Shown: positions 32,412-41,928 of the stretch, in pieces
How positions within the stretch are numbered: position 1 is the stretch's first letter
How the letters are laid out: every line of letters starts with the position of its first letter
DNA from: an uncultured delta proteobacterium
GTDB lineage: Bacteria; Myxococcota_A; Polyangia; Polyangiales; Houyiibacteriaceae
DNA: 64,000 bases
Reading direction: 5' to 3'
NCBI GenBank assembly: GCA_963699755.1
Contig: CAVOVB010000007.1
Coordinates: 320,001-384,000, forward strand
Notes under the pieces: generated by a model
The model's database searches: none
What the model saw: only the letters and a program-made list of their open reading frames with translations
What the model was told of the DNA's origin: nothing
Translations under genes and position numbers: made by a program

Positions 32412-32900
32412 ATGGCGCCAACGATCGAGGTGCGCGCTGCGGACGAATCCGACCGCAGCGTGCTGCTGGGCTTCCACCGGAGTCTCTATGAAGACCACCG
32501 CGATGAGGTCGTTGCGGACCGAGACCGCCCGCTCATCGCGTACCGGGACTACGAACGGATCCTCAGCGACGATCTGCGGGCACTCTTGCGAGACCCCAAC
32601 AGCCACATTCTGCTCGCCCAAGCCCAGGGCGTGGCTCTGGGCTACATCACCGGACGAATCACAGTAGAGCCTGGGCGTGTCTTGCCGCGCAAGGGCGTAG
32701 TGGAAGATTGGTACGTCGCCCCGCAGTCGAGGGGCACCGGCGTGGGTGCTCTGCTGCTTCGCGAGCTCGAAGCACGGTTCGCTGCAGCCGGATGCCAGGT
32801 GATCGAATCAGCCACTTGGGCGGCGAACGAAGGCGCAAGGCGGGCTCATGATGCGCTCGGGTTCCGTGAGATTCGGGTGATGTACCGAAAGCTGCTATAG
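32412..32900 (+). CDS. GNAT family acetyltransferase
   Basis: YVAPQSRGTGVGALLL (motif A), NEGARR...LGF. Confidence 0.85.
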   Translation: MAPTIEVRAADESDRSVLLGFHRSLYEDHRDEVVADRDRPLIAYRDYERILSDDLRALLRDPNSHILLAQAQGVALGYITGRITVEPGRVLPRKGVVEDWYVAPQSRGTGVGALLLRELEARFAAAGCQVIESATWAANEGARRAHDALGFREIRVMYRKLL

Positions 32901-32926
32901 TCGCCAGGAGGTGCCGGTGTGACCGT

Positions 32927-33070
32927 TTAGGGAAGCCAATGCCGAGCGCCATCGGACTCGAAGTCGATGACGCCCGATGGCCTGCCCAAAGACCAGGTCG
33001 GATACCAGGCTTCGATCGGGAGCGTTCGTCTCCGCGCGCTGTCGGTGAGGCTCGCCGTGAGAACCCCCAT
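32927..33070 (-). pseudogene. Probable 5' remnant of an alpha/beta-hydrolase gene
   Basis: 47-aa ORF MGVLTASLTDSARRRTLPIEAWYP... resembles the N-terminal D..R.R.LPVEVWYP motif; no GxSxG follows. Confidence 0.4.
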
Positions 33071-33126
33071 TGACGCGAGCCCTGGCTCCGCGTCCGCTTG
33101 GGGGGCCGGTGTACTCGAGAAGGCGG

Positions 33127-33699
33127 TCAGTGGACAGCGGGGCGTAGGGGCAAGCCGTCGACGATTGTCGCTTCCGCGTCGAGCAGCTCATCCAGCCTCG
33201 CCTGCACTCGGGCCGCAGGGAAGTATTCCTTCGCCAGGCGCACGAACAAGCCGTGGTGCCTGGCCTCCGAGCGGGTGATCTCCGCATAGAAGTTCTTGAG
33301 CGGCCCCGGTTCGAGAGCGTCGGCGACCATGCCGAAGCGCTCGCAGCCCCGCGCCTCGACGATTCCCAATACTAGCAATCGATCGAGAAAATACTGCTCA
33401 GGGCCACGCTTGATCAGCCCTATCAGGGCGCCGACGTACGGGTCCTTCTCGTCCGCCCGCGTCGATAGACCCCGGTCGAGGATGATCGCCATTACTTGCG
33501 CATAGTGCTCGAGCTCTTCCTGAGCGAAGGGAATCAGCTCGCGGACGAGCAGAGTGCGGTTCGAGTAGTGAGCCACCAGCTTGAGTGCCGTCGCTGAAGC
33601 CTTTCGCTCACAAGCGGCGTGGTCGACCAGAAACGAATCGAAGTCGCCGAGAACGACGTCGATCCAGGAGGGGTCGGTGGCGGTTCGCAAACGGAGCAT
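33127..33699 (-). CDS. miaE: tRNA-(ms2io6A)-hydroxylase
   Basis: DHAACERKASA, EELEHY, EARGCERF, SEARHH di-iron ligands. Confidence 0.88.
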   Translation of the reverse strand: MLRLRTATDPSWIDVVLGDFDSFLVDHAACERKASATALKLVAHYSNRTLLVRELIPFAQEELEHYAQVMAIILDRGLSTRADEKDPYVGALIGLIKRGPEQYFLDRLLVLGIVEARGCERFGMVADALEPGPLKNFYAEITRSEARHHGLFVRLAKEYFPAARVQARLDELLDAEATIVDGLPLRPAVH

Positions 33700-33706
33700 C
33701 GTCGCT

Positions 33707-34345
33707 CTAGGCGCGGAGCGCGTCGAGAATCGGCTGAATCTGGCTTCGACGAAGCTTCAGCGCTGCGCGGTTGGCGATCACCACTGAGCTGATGTCGGCG
33801 ATCTTCTCCAAGGGAATCAGTCCGTTTTGGCGAAGGGTCTCACCGGTTTCGACCAGGTCGACGATCACGTCGGCGAGGCCGGTCAAGGGACCGAGCTCGA
33901 CCGAGCCCTGGCAGAAGATCAGCTCGACCGGGGTGCCCTTCTCTCGGAAGTATTGCTCGGCGATGTGAGGGAACTTGGTGGCGACGCGGAGGGGACGTTC
34001 TCCTTTGCCGGCGAGCGGCTCCTTTGAGAGACCGCAGACCATCATCTGGCATTTGCCGATATCGAGATCGACCGGTACGAAGACGTCGTAGTTGCGCTCC
34101 ATCATCACGTCCCGGCCCACGATACCGAGGTCGGCCGCCCCATACTCGACATAGGTCGGGACGTCATCGGGCTTGAGCAGCAAGTAGCTCAGGCCGGTTT
34201 CCCTGTCCTCGCGGACGAGCTTACGGCTTTTCGAGGTCAGTGCCTCGGTTGGGATGCCGGCCTTTTCGAGCCTACTGCTCAGCTGCTCGAGAACGCGGCC
34301 CTTGGGAACTGCGATGACTATCGTATCTTTGTTGCGTCTAGGCAT
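33707..34345 (-). CDS. hisG: ATP phosphoribosyltransferase, short form (HisZ-dependent)
   Basis: [46 protein letters not shown]; lacks the C-terminal regulatory domain. Confidence 0.93.
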   Translation of the reverse strand: MPRRNKDTIVIAVPKGRVLEQLSSRLEKAGIPTEALTSKSRKLVREDRETGLSYLLLKPDDVPTYVEYGAADLGIVGRDVMMERNYDVFVPVDLDIGKCQMMVCGLSKEPLAGKGERPLRVATKFPHIAEQYFREKGTPVELIFCQGSVELGPLTGLADVIVDLVETGETLRQNGLIPLEKIADISSVVIANRAALKLRRSQIQPILDALRA

Positions 34346-35603
34346 CGCCAGGTACTCGCTCGATCTGGGCTCCGAGCGGAGCCAGCTTCTGCTCGATGTG
34401 CTCATAGCCCCGATCGAGGTGATAGACCCGCCGAACGTAGGTGGTGCCCTCGGCAACCAACCCCGCCAGGACCAGCGAAGCGCTTGCTCGGAGATCGGTG
34501 GCCATCACCTCCGCGCCCTCGAGTCTATCGACACCTTGTACGGTCGCCGTCCGTCCTTGGACTTGGATTTTGGCACCCATCCGGTTGAGCTCCGAAACGT
34601 GCATGAAGCGGTTCTCGAATACCGTTTCGGTGATTCGGCTGGTGCCCTTTGCCAGACACATCAACATCATGAATTGGGCTTGCATGTCGGTCGGGAACCC
34701 AGGGTGTGGCAGTGTGATCACGTCGGTTGGGCGGATCGGGCGTGACCCCACGACGCGGATTCCATCGCCTTCGCGCTCCACCACTGCACCGGCTTCCCTG
34801 AGCTTTGCGATCACCGCTTCGAGGGGCTCGAAGCCCACGCCGCGCACAAGCACGTCCCCACCCGTCGCGGCGGCGGCAACCATGAAGGTCCCCGCTTCGA
34901 CCCGATCGGGAATGATCGCGTGGTCGATCGGATGGAGCGATTCGACACCTTCGATGGTGATGACCGAAGTGCCGGCGCCTTCGATTCGCCCACCCATCTT
35001 GTTTAGGACCCGCGCCAGCTCTTCGACCTCTGGTTCGCGAGCACAGTTGCTGAGCGTACTGCGGCCCTTGGCCAGGACCGCTGCACACATGAGGTTCTCG
35101 GTCCCGGTGTGAGTCGGAAAGTCCAGGCTGATGTCGGAGCCTTTGAGTCGCCCGCTCGGAACCGTGACCTCGACGTAGCCATGGTGCAGCTCGACCTTGG
35201 CGCCCATCGCGGAGAGTCCCTTTAGATGCTGGTCGATCGGTCGGGCTCCAATCGCGCAGCCGCCCGGCATGGAGACCACGGCACGACCGCAGCGCGCAAC
35301 CAATGGACCGAGCACCAGAACCGAGGCGCGCATCTGCTTCACGAGATCGTAGGGGGCGGTAGGTTCGATTGCGCCAGACAGGCTGACCTGAACCCGACCG
35401 TCCTCGTACTTCGCGTGCGCACCGAGCCGCTCGAGGAGCTGCGTCATCGTATGGACGTCGCGCAGGTTGGGTACGTTTCGAAAGACGTGCTCCCCGTCGG
35501 CTAAGAGGGCCGCCGTCATGATCGGCAGGGCTGCGTTCTTCGCGCCACTGATGGCCACGGAGCCGGCGAGCCTTTTTCCCCCCACGATTCGGATGCTATC
35601 CAC
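34338..35603 (-). CDS. murA: UDP-N-acetylglucosamine 1-carboxyvinyltransferase
   Basis: [23 protein letters not shown] (catalytic Cys), [12 protein letters not shown]. Confidence 0.97.
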   Translation of the reverse strand: MDSIRIVGGKRLAGSVAISGAKNAALPIMTAALLADGEHVFRNVPNLRDVHTMTQLLERLGAHAKYEDGRVQVSLSGAIEPTAPYDLVKQMRASVLVLGPLVARCGRAVVSMPGGCAIGARPIDQHLKGLSAMGAKVELHHGYVEVTVPSGRLKGSDISLDFPTHTGTENLMCAAVLAKGRSTLSNCAREPEVEELARVLNKMGGRIEGAGTSVITIEGVESLHPIDHAIIPDRVEAGTFMVAAAATGGDVLVRGVGFEPLEAVIAKLREAGAVVEREGDGIRVVGSRPIRPTDVITLPHPGFPTDMQAQFMMLMCLAKGTSRITETVFENRFMHVSELNRMGAKIQVQGRTATVQGVDRLEGAEVMATDLRASASLVLAGLVAEGTTYVRRVYHLDRGYEHIEQKLAPLGAQIERVPGDA

Positions 35604-35642
35604 GACGCCCCCTGTTACCCCGAGGCCCCGCTTCGGGCAACT

Positions 35643-36296
35643 TCAGGCGAAGAGCAGTCCAAGCGCAAACGCGACGAAACCGACCAGGGCGCCCCAAAGC
35701 GGGCCTCGGGCAGAAGGCCACTGAAAGCGTCCGGCCGAATCGAAGCCGCGCCGCGCCATCAGGACCAACGCACCAACCCAGACGGCCGTTCCCAATAGGA
35801 GCAGCGTGCCCCAGAGCGGAGCGGGGGATCCTTGCTCGCTCAGAAGTCGGCGATGGTCGGCGGCGAGCTGCTCGGTGCCTAGGCCTGCGTCGATGGCGGC
35901 GCCCCGATCCAGGGACATCAGGCGCGCGATCTGGTCGTTTGCATTCTCGCGCTCAGGATCGCTGCCCGAATAGAGGGTTCGGGTCGCCGCAATTCCGCCC
36001 GAGAGCGACCGCCATGCCAAGAGCGCGCCAAGCGAATCACCCTCGGCCTCCAGCTCCGTGGCGAGGGACGCCAATCCGGAAATCGCTTCCGCGGTGTATG
36101 GGCTCAGTGGCAGAGACCAACGAATGGCGCGGCGGTAGTGCTCGATGGCACGGCCGGCCTGACCCTCTTCACGGTAGGCGTTTGCTGCGGCGAGCTCGGT
36201 GCGAGACTCCGTTACGACGCGTCCTACCAGCAGTCCGAGCAGAGAGATGCTCACAATCCCAGCGACGATCGGAGAACGCCCGCAGTAGGTCTTCAC
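35643..36296 (-). CDS. Hypothetical membrane protein with a TPR-like periplasmic segment
   Basis: GTGA overlap with the permease; N-terminal TM, AIEHYRRAIRW, two C-terminal TMs. Confidence 0.65.
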   Translation of the reverse strand: MKTYCGRSPIVAGIVSISLLGLLVGRVVTESRTELAAANAYREEGQAGRAIEHYRRAIRWSLPLSPYTAEAISGLASLATELEAEGDSLGALLAWRSLSGGIAATRTLYSGSDPERENANDQIARLMSLDRGAAIDAGLGTEQLAADHRRLLSEQGSPAPLWGTLLLLGTAVWVGALVLMARRGFDSAGRFQWPSARGPLWGALVGFVAFALGLLFA

Positions 36297-37228
36297 AGGA
36301 AGTCTCTGCGACGGAAAATCAGCCCAGCAACGATGAGCGCGGCTGCGGCGTAGAGGACCGCGTAACCCATCGAGGTTGCAACGTAGGTCAGCGGTCCCCC
36401 GTACTCGGCCGTCTTGGTCACTAGGGTGTTTCGACCGGGGACGAAGAGATTGAAGTTGGGCAAGAACTCGGCCAGCCAGCGCAGTAGCGTTTTCATGGCT
36501 GGGCTCAGAACCCGGGTCTCCATGGCCACCATGTCGTGTGCAGCCCGGCCGACCAGCCAAACCCCGAAGGTGAAGGCACCTGTCAGAAACGGCGTTGAAA
36601 ATGAAGAGAACAGGAGTGCTACAGCCGTCAGGATGAGCACCTCGCCCAGACTCAACAGCAAGGAAGCGAGCAACTGGGGGATCTCGACGTCGACGGTCGA
36701 GCAAACCCACGCCGATGCGCCCAGCGCGACCAGGGACCAAATCGGCACCACGAGCGTCCGGTCCTTGGCAACTAGAGATGCAAGGCCCAGGCTCACGAGT
36801 AAGGCGGCGGGCGCGGCGATCACGAGCGCGCTCGACGCGTCCGCCTGAACGGAGGCGACCAGCAACTGGAGCGCCCCCATGATTGCGATGAACACGGCAC
36901 AGGTCGCAACGATTCCGAAATACTTGCCGAGCAGGAACTCGAATCGCGCAATCGGTTTTGGGAGAATGACGTACAGCGTTTTGCGCTCGATCTCCTTGTA
37001 GAGGAGCGAGGAGCCGAGAAAGATCGAGACCAGCACCGAAAAGAGCGAGATCGACGCGAGCCCCAGATCGGTGACGACTCGCATCTGTTGATCGAGCGAA
37101 AGCTCCCCGAGCGCCAAGGTCAGGCCGAGGACAGCCGCCGCGAGCACCAGAACGCCAAACAAGACCCGGTCACGCACCGCCTCGCGGTAGGTGTTCAGAG
37201 CGATGGCATAGATTCTCGCAATGCTCAT
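36293..37228 (-). CDS. ABC-2 type transporter permease (PilI-like)
   Basis: IALNTYREAVRDR, KEIERKTLYVILPKPIARFEFLLGKYFG, C-terminal FRRRDF. Confidence 0.85.
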   Translation of the reverse strand: MSIARIYAIALNTYREAVRDRVLFGVLVLAAAVLGLTLALGELSLDQQMRVVTDLGLASISLFSVLVSIFLGSSLLYKEIERKTLYVILPKPIARFEFLLGKYFGIVATCAVFIAIMGALQLLVASVQADASSALVIAAPAALLVSLGLASLVAKDRTLVVPIWSLVALGASAWVCSTVDVEIPQLLASLLLSLGEVLILTAVALLFSSFSTPFLTGAFTFGVWLVGRAAHDMVAMETRVLSPAMKTLLRWLAEFLPNFNLFVPGRNTLVTKTAEYGGPLTYVATSMGYAVLYAAAALIVAGLIFRRRDFL

Positions 37229-37836
37229 GAGCCCGTCCAGTATGCACGCCCGGTCACGAAATGGCTGAGTACATTGATGGCCATCAGCAAGATCACCGCG
37301 GAGACCAAGGTAGCGCCGACTTCGAGCCAACGTGAACTTTCGGGAAGGCGGCCGATGCCCCAAGCGCGAAACGACGCCGCGATTCCTTGCGACAGGAAGA
37401 GACCGAGCGCGCCGAACCCGAGGAGATAAAAGGCGAGAACGACGGGCTGTGACAAAAATCCGCGCAGGAGCTCGTACTGGCTGAGCGCGATCGGCCCGAC
37501 GCGGACCGTCATGAACCATCCCAGGGCCAGGTGAGCGACCACGAGACCCCAGGCGAGCCCGCCCGCGATCTTCTGCAATTGCAAGCCGCGAGACGAACCA
37601 TACGGGCCAGCACTCTCAGGGGGCTCCAGCCGGGGAATGCTCCAACCGCGCGCGTAGGCGCCGAGTGAGCCCAAGACGAGCAGGGTGCAAGCCAGAAGCG
37701 AGGACCAGCTTGCGGGTGACGCTGTAGCAAATGAGCTCGCGCCGCGAATCGCGGGCCAGAGTCGGAGCAGCTCCAACAGGAAAAGGACGGCGAGGGGCCA
37801 GACGGTAAGAGCGACGTGGCTGCGATAGCGCGGCAT
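37225..37836 (-). CDS. SdhC (cytochrome b558)-like membrane protein, degenerate
   Basis: LQKIAGG...AHL and FYLLG...SQGI...WGI align by eye to Bacillus-type SdhC. Confidence 0.5.
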   Translation of the reverse strand: MPRYRSHVALTVWPLAVLFLLELLRLWPAIRGASSFATASPASWSSLLACTLLVLGSLGAYARGWSIPRLEPPESAGPYGSSRGLQLQKIAGGLAWGLVVAHLALGWFMTVRVGPIALSQYELLRGFLSQPVVLAFYLLGFGALGLFLSQGIAASFRAWGIGRLPESSRWLEVGATLVSAVILLMAINVLSHFVTGRAYWTGS

Positions 37837-37874
37837 CGATGACTACCTATCGCTCCACAGTTTCTCCGGTCAAT

Positions 37875-38786
37875 TTACTTCAGTACCCGGGGCTGTCTCG
37901 AGCCGTCGGTCCGCTGCCGGAGGCCGAGAAGTGTGAGCGGCTCCTCTGACAACGTCATCCGAACCCGGTCACCAATCCCGATTGCGTACACTTTCTGTGT
38001 CCCGTCGAGGAAGATCCGGCCCCTGGTCATGCGGCTGGTGATCTCGAGCGCCTCGCCCCTCGAGAACATGCCTTTGACGAGTCGATACTTGTTGTTGACG
38101 CCACGGTAGGGCTCGCGAATGACGAACTGTATTTTCTGCGAACCTATCGGTAGCACCTTCCCGCCAGCCGAGCGAAGCGCGGCCGTCGAACCTGCAGCAG
38201 GGCCAACCCAAACCCCACTCGACATTTGACGTTCTTGATCGCCGTCGAAAGCCAGAATGTACCGGGACGTCGCAGCGGGGCTCTCGTGACAATAGAGCGC
38301 ATCGTTGAGCACGCGCGTCGAGATGAGCTTGTCCCCCACATCGACCCGCATCCGCGCAAGACGACTCGACTTAAGACTTCCATCGAGCGCAGCGGCCAGC
38401 ACTTCATGAACGTTGTGCCCGTCTCCAGCACAGAAATAGCCGACGCTGGTGTCTGGCGCGCTATTGATGGCCAACATCGGTGTGGAGGAGTTCGCAAGAT
38501 GGGAAGCCCACAGGAGCGTCCCGTCGCCTCCGAGCGTGACGATGAGGTCCCAGCCGCTCTCCTCTGGCATCGGCTCAGGGCGGTATCGAAGGATCGCGCG
38601 CGCTCCTAAATCACGAAGCGCCTTCTTTGCCCGTTGCAGGGTTGCCTGATGGATCTCGTGCTCGTGGAGTAGGCCTTCGACGGACACATCGCTGTGCTCG
38701 ATCAGCTCCTCGAGCCGTGCCTGCGCGCGACCCACATAGCGTTGGTAGGTGCTCTTCTTGTAGACGACGAGAACTCTAGGTCGCAT
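37875..38786 (-). CDS. nadK: NAD(+) kinase
   Basis: GGDGT, LND, SSGVWVGPAAGSTA. Confidence 0.88.
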   Translation of the reverse strand: MRPRVLVVYKKSTYQRYVGRAQARLEELIEHSDVSVEGLLHEHEIHQATLQRAKKALRDLGARAILRYRPEPMPEESGWDLIVTLGGDGTLLWASHLANSSTPMLAINSAPDTSVGYFCAGDGHNVHEVLAAALDGSLKSSRLARMRVDVGDKLISTRVLNDALYCHESPAATSRYILAFDGDQERQMSSGVWVGPAAGSTAALRSAGGKVLPIGSQKIQFVIREPYRGVNNKYRLVKGMFSRGEALEITSRMTRGRIFLDGTQKVYAIGIGDRVRMTLSEEPLTLLGLRQRTDGSRQPRVLK

Positions 38787-38822
38787 GCATGACTCGTCGT
38801 GAGGTTCGCGACTCGCGGCGCC

Positions 38823-39200
38823 TTACCCGGTCGGGATCTTCTTTGCGTCGGCCAGGAACCGCTCCAGGCCGATGTCTGTGAGCGGATGCTTCATCACGAC
38901 GTGCGGAATCGTCGCAACCTGGGCGCCGATGAGCGCGGCATGAAGGGGATGACGGACGACGATGTTCTGGTGCATCTTCCCGAGGAACGGCGCCTCTTCG
39001 AGCATTCCGGCGTAGTCGGTCGCATTGACCTCCGTGCTCATCGGCCCGTCAACGAGTTCACGAACGTCGACGAGCACGTCTTCTAAGGGTCGCCCGGTCT
39101 TGGCAACGAGCGACGGATTGCCGGTCACGCCATCGATGACGCCCATGGCCGCGGCATCGCGGATCTCCCCGATGTCCGCGGCGTCGATGAGAATCTGCAT
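38823..39200 (-). pseudogene. Transaldolase (Fsa/TalC-type) with internal in-frame deletions
   Basis: 125 aa. N-terminus GVIDGVTGNPSL and C-terminus KHPLTDIGLERFLAD are retained; NIVV joins RHPLH directly, so the catalytic Lys region is missing. Confidence 0.8.
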
Positions 39201-39283
39201 GGCGCTAGTAAAGGGCCGCGGACTCGCAGGGTCAAGCGGAGCCTGTACCAGGTCAGAACGCCACCGAGAAAGCCAGAACCCTC

Positions 39284-39439
39284 TCACTCCACGATTTCCA
39301 GCTCGATCTCCTCGTCGTCGCTTGCGGCTGGCGGCTCGTTCGCGGGCTCTCTCTGAGAGCAGACGACCAAGGTCGCGAGAACGGCCGCAATCAGCCACAA
39401 TAAGATGCCCCCAGGGGTCCATTTGCTTTTCGCGCGCAA
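39284..39439 (-). CDS. Small single-TM protein (51 aa), not in the ORF track
   Basis: TTG start with gagagga SD; MRAKSKWTPGGILLWLIAAVLATLVVCSQREPANEPPAASDDEEIELEIVE. Confidence 0.6.
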   Translation of the reverse strand: MRAKSKWTPGGILLWLIAAVLATLVVCSQREPANEPPAASDDEEIELEIVE

Positions 39440-39508
39440 CGCGAAGTCCTCTCGAGGGCGGTTTTGTCGCGGTATTGAAGATTAGGCAACCGAGCTCGTC
39501 CAAACGGC

Positions 39509-40750
39509 ATGCGCAGATTTCTGACAGTTTTCATCGTCTTATTGGCGTGGAGCGGCGCCGCGTTCGCCGAGAACAAGAGCGGCAAGGTCGATGCCTCAGC
39601 GGCAGGGCTTGGCGCGCTCAACGTGGAAGAACGTGCGCTGCTCGCGCCATACCTGGCTCACGGCCCCGTATTGCTAACCGAGTTCCAGAATCGGCAGACC
39701 GACCTTCCCGCGGTGATTTACGCGGCACGCATCCAAGCTTCCCCAGAAACGGTCGCCGGGGTGATCGGAAAACCGGCGGACTACCCGGGCTTCATGAACG
39801 CCCTGACTTCGGTCGAGATCCGTGCGGTGAACGGACAGATGACGGCCTTCGACTGGAGCTGGGGAGTCACGCTGTTCTCGCTCAGCGGCCAGAACGTGAT
39901 GACGAGCTACCCGGGCGATCCGGTTCGGGGGTACCGCTTCGACATCCGGACGACCGGTGGGGACCTCGGCATCGGACGCGTGATGTGGCGCGTCTACCCC
40001 GACGGCCCCGGCAGGTCCCTCGTTGTCTTTTCTTCGCGGCTCGACATGCGCAACGCAAACTACATTACCCGTCAGCTCGCGTCCGAAGGCAACGCCGTAA
40101 ACCGAACGGTCAACGTTGCGGTAGCCATGGTGACCCTGCTCGAGGTCAAGTCCGAGGCCGAGCGTCGCGCGGGCACGGCCATCGACGGGGTCTACGCAAC
40201 CAAGCCACTTCGTAGGCCGAAGGTCGACATGACTGCGCTGCATGCGCTCCTCGGGCGCGGAGACCTGGTGCTCATGGACATGGACGGGGAGACACTGCAC
40301 AGCGTTGCCGTCGTGGGCCGCACGGGCTCGAGCGAGAGGCGGGTGCGCCGGGTGATGTATGACCCTGAGGAGTTCGGGAAGTCACTACTCCACGGAACCT
40401 GCGCAAAGGTAGTGGAGCGCAGCGAGAAGGGCGCGAGGTTCGAATGGGAGATTCCGATCCCGCTGCTCCACGTGGGTGGAGAGATGATCTTGCGGCCCAG
40501 CCCCAGCGTGGTCTCAGTGGATGGGATCTCGGGCACGCTCTCGAAAGGCCATTGGCGCTTCGATACGCATCGCTACCCGGGAGGGGAAGCAGGGGTCCTC
40601 GCCTGGGCGACCTTCGACCCGGCAGACTCCCCCAAGCTCATTCGGAAGCTCATCGCTGGGAACACGCATTTCTCCCACGGCTTCGTCGCTGCGACCCAGC
40701 TCGCGGTGATGCGCTCGCTCCGGACCCGGGTGCACCTGCTCGGCCGCTAG
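39509..40750 (+). CDS. Secreted protein with two START/SRPBCC-like domains
   Basis: Signal peptide (AFA); ASPETVAGVIGKPADYPGFM and a second VRRVMYDPEEFG unit. Confidence 0.55.
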   Translation: MRRFLTVFIVLLAWSGAAFAENKSGKVDASAAGLGALNVEERALLAPYLAHGPVLLTEFQNRQTDLPAVIYAARIQASPETVAGVIGKPADYPGFMNALTSVEIRAVNGQMTAFDWSWGVTLFSLSGQNVMTSYPGDPVRGYRFDIRTTGGDLGIGRVMWRVYPDGPGRSLVVFSSRLDMRNANYITRQLASEGNAVNRTVNVAVAMVTLLEVKSEAERRAGTAIDGVYATKPLRRPKVDMTALHALLGRGDLVLMDMDGETLHSVAVVGRTGSSERRVRRVMYDPEEFGKSLLHGTCAKVVERSEKGARFEWEIPIPLLHVGGEMILRPSPSVVSVDGISGTLSKGHWRFDTHRYPGGEAGVLAWATFDPADSPKLIRKLIAGNTHFSHGFVAATQLAVMRSLRTRVHLLGR

Positions 40751-40968
40751 TCCCCCTCCTCGAGCTCGTCCACAGCAGCGTCCCGCCCCAGCTCGACCCG
40801 CTCCTCGTTCGCAGAGCTCAGCGAAACGGTCGAACCCGAATCGACACCGCCATCGACGCCGGAATCGAGCAGCAGGCTCCGGTCGAAATCGATGACTAGC
40901 GAGCAGCCGCCAGCCACGATGAAGAGCAAGGCGCCCATGGCGTTGATCGCAAAGCCGTATCGCGCCAT
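40747..40968 (-). CDS. Small lipoprotein
   Basis: IVAGGC lipobox followed by SLVIDFD. Confidence 0.55.
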   Translation of the reverse strand: MARYGFAINAMGALLFIVAGGCSLVIDFDRSLLLDSGVDGGVDSGSTVSLSSANEERVELGRDAAVDELEEGD

Positions 40969-40969
40969 G

Positions 40970-41923
40970 TCAGAACCTCATGGCTGCGGAGACCCCGGCG
41001 CCCCTGAGCTCGAGCTGGGGCCGCGCCGTCTCGCGCTCGCGCTTCCGCTTGTTCTTGTGGGTCATGAAAAGGGTGAACGAAGTGATCGCGGACAGGGCGG
41101 CCAAACCGAATGAAACATCCGCAAAGACCGCAAGCCGCTCGCCGTTATTCGCGGTCTGCTGGCTGGGACTGGTTCTAAACTCTTGCTCTTTGTGCAGCGC
41201 CAAGACGCCGAGCACCGTACCCGTCACGAGGGCTCCGGCAGCGATGCAGCCGGTGGAAATCACAGCACGGCGCATGGTCTTGTCCTCTTTCTCGATCGCG
41301 AGCTGAGGCGCCAAGCTGGCCTCTTCGCTTGGCTCCATGAGCAAGACGTTCGCCGTGGCGGGAGTGAAGTCGAGCTCTTTCAGCTCGCCGTACCCAAGTT
41401 GGACCGTCTTCTCGCCGACCTGCTTCCCCTCGCTCACAAGGACGACGCTGTGCGCACCGGGCTCGACCTCGAGCTCGGCAGGCGTCTTCTTCGTGCTTGG
41501 TACGCCATCGAGCAGGATCGCCTGACCCGGCGTGTCCGAACGAACGAGCAGGACCGCAGGGCTCTGCAGGAGCGTAGCGATTCGTGCTTCGACCGAGGTG
41601 CGGTCGGGGGCGTTGGGCCGTTCGGCCAAATACTGCTCGAGCATCGCGACGGCGCCTGGCTCATCGCCACGCCGTTGCCGAGTATCGGCCACCCCCACTA
41701 GGACACTCGGCTCGCGTCCGAGGGCGTACGCACGGAGCCAAGCCCGTTCGGCACCGTCGTACCGCCTTTGTTCGAAGAGGCGTCGGCCGAGAGCATAGGC
41801 GTCCGCAGCGGTCGTCGTTGGGTTCGCCAGGAAGGTCGAAAGCTCCTCGCCCTGCTCGAGCGACTGCGCGCCGGCCCGTGCTGCGAAACCAAGAAAGAGC
41901 AGTGCGCAGAGCAGCACTCTCAC
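40970..41923 (-). CDS. TPR-PEGA domain protein
   Basis: Signal peptide, TPR-like helices (AYALGRRLFEQRRYD), PEGA-like LLVRSDTPGQAILLDG...TP..LEVEPGAH. Confidence 0.75.
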   Translation of the reverse strand: MRVLLCALLFLGFAARAGAQSLEQGEELSTFLANPTTTAADAYALGRRLFEQRRYDGAERAWLRAYALGREPSVLVGVADTRQRRGDEPGAVAMLEQYLAERPNAPDRTSVEARIATLLQSPAVLLVRSDTPGQAILLDGVPSTKKTPAELEVEPGAHSVVLVSEGKQVGEKTVQLGYGELKELDFTPATANVLLMEPSEEASLAPQLAIEKEDKTMRRAVISTGCIAAGALVTGTVLGVLALHKEQEFRTSPSQQTANNGERLAVFADVSFGLAALSAITSFTLFMTHKNKRKRERETARPQLELRGAGVSAAMRF

Positions 41924-41928
41924 CGCGA

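Noticed and set aside
32930..33120. Possible 6S, SRP or riboswitch RNA in the GNAT-miaE gap
   Set aside because: No diagnostic motifs recognised; better explained as a hydrolase gene remnant.
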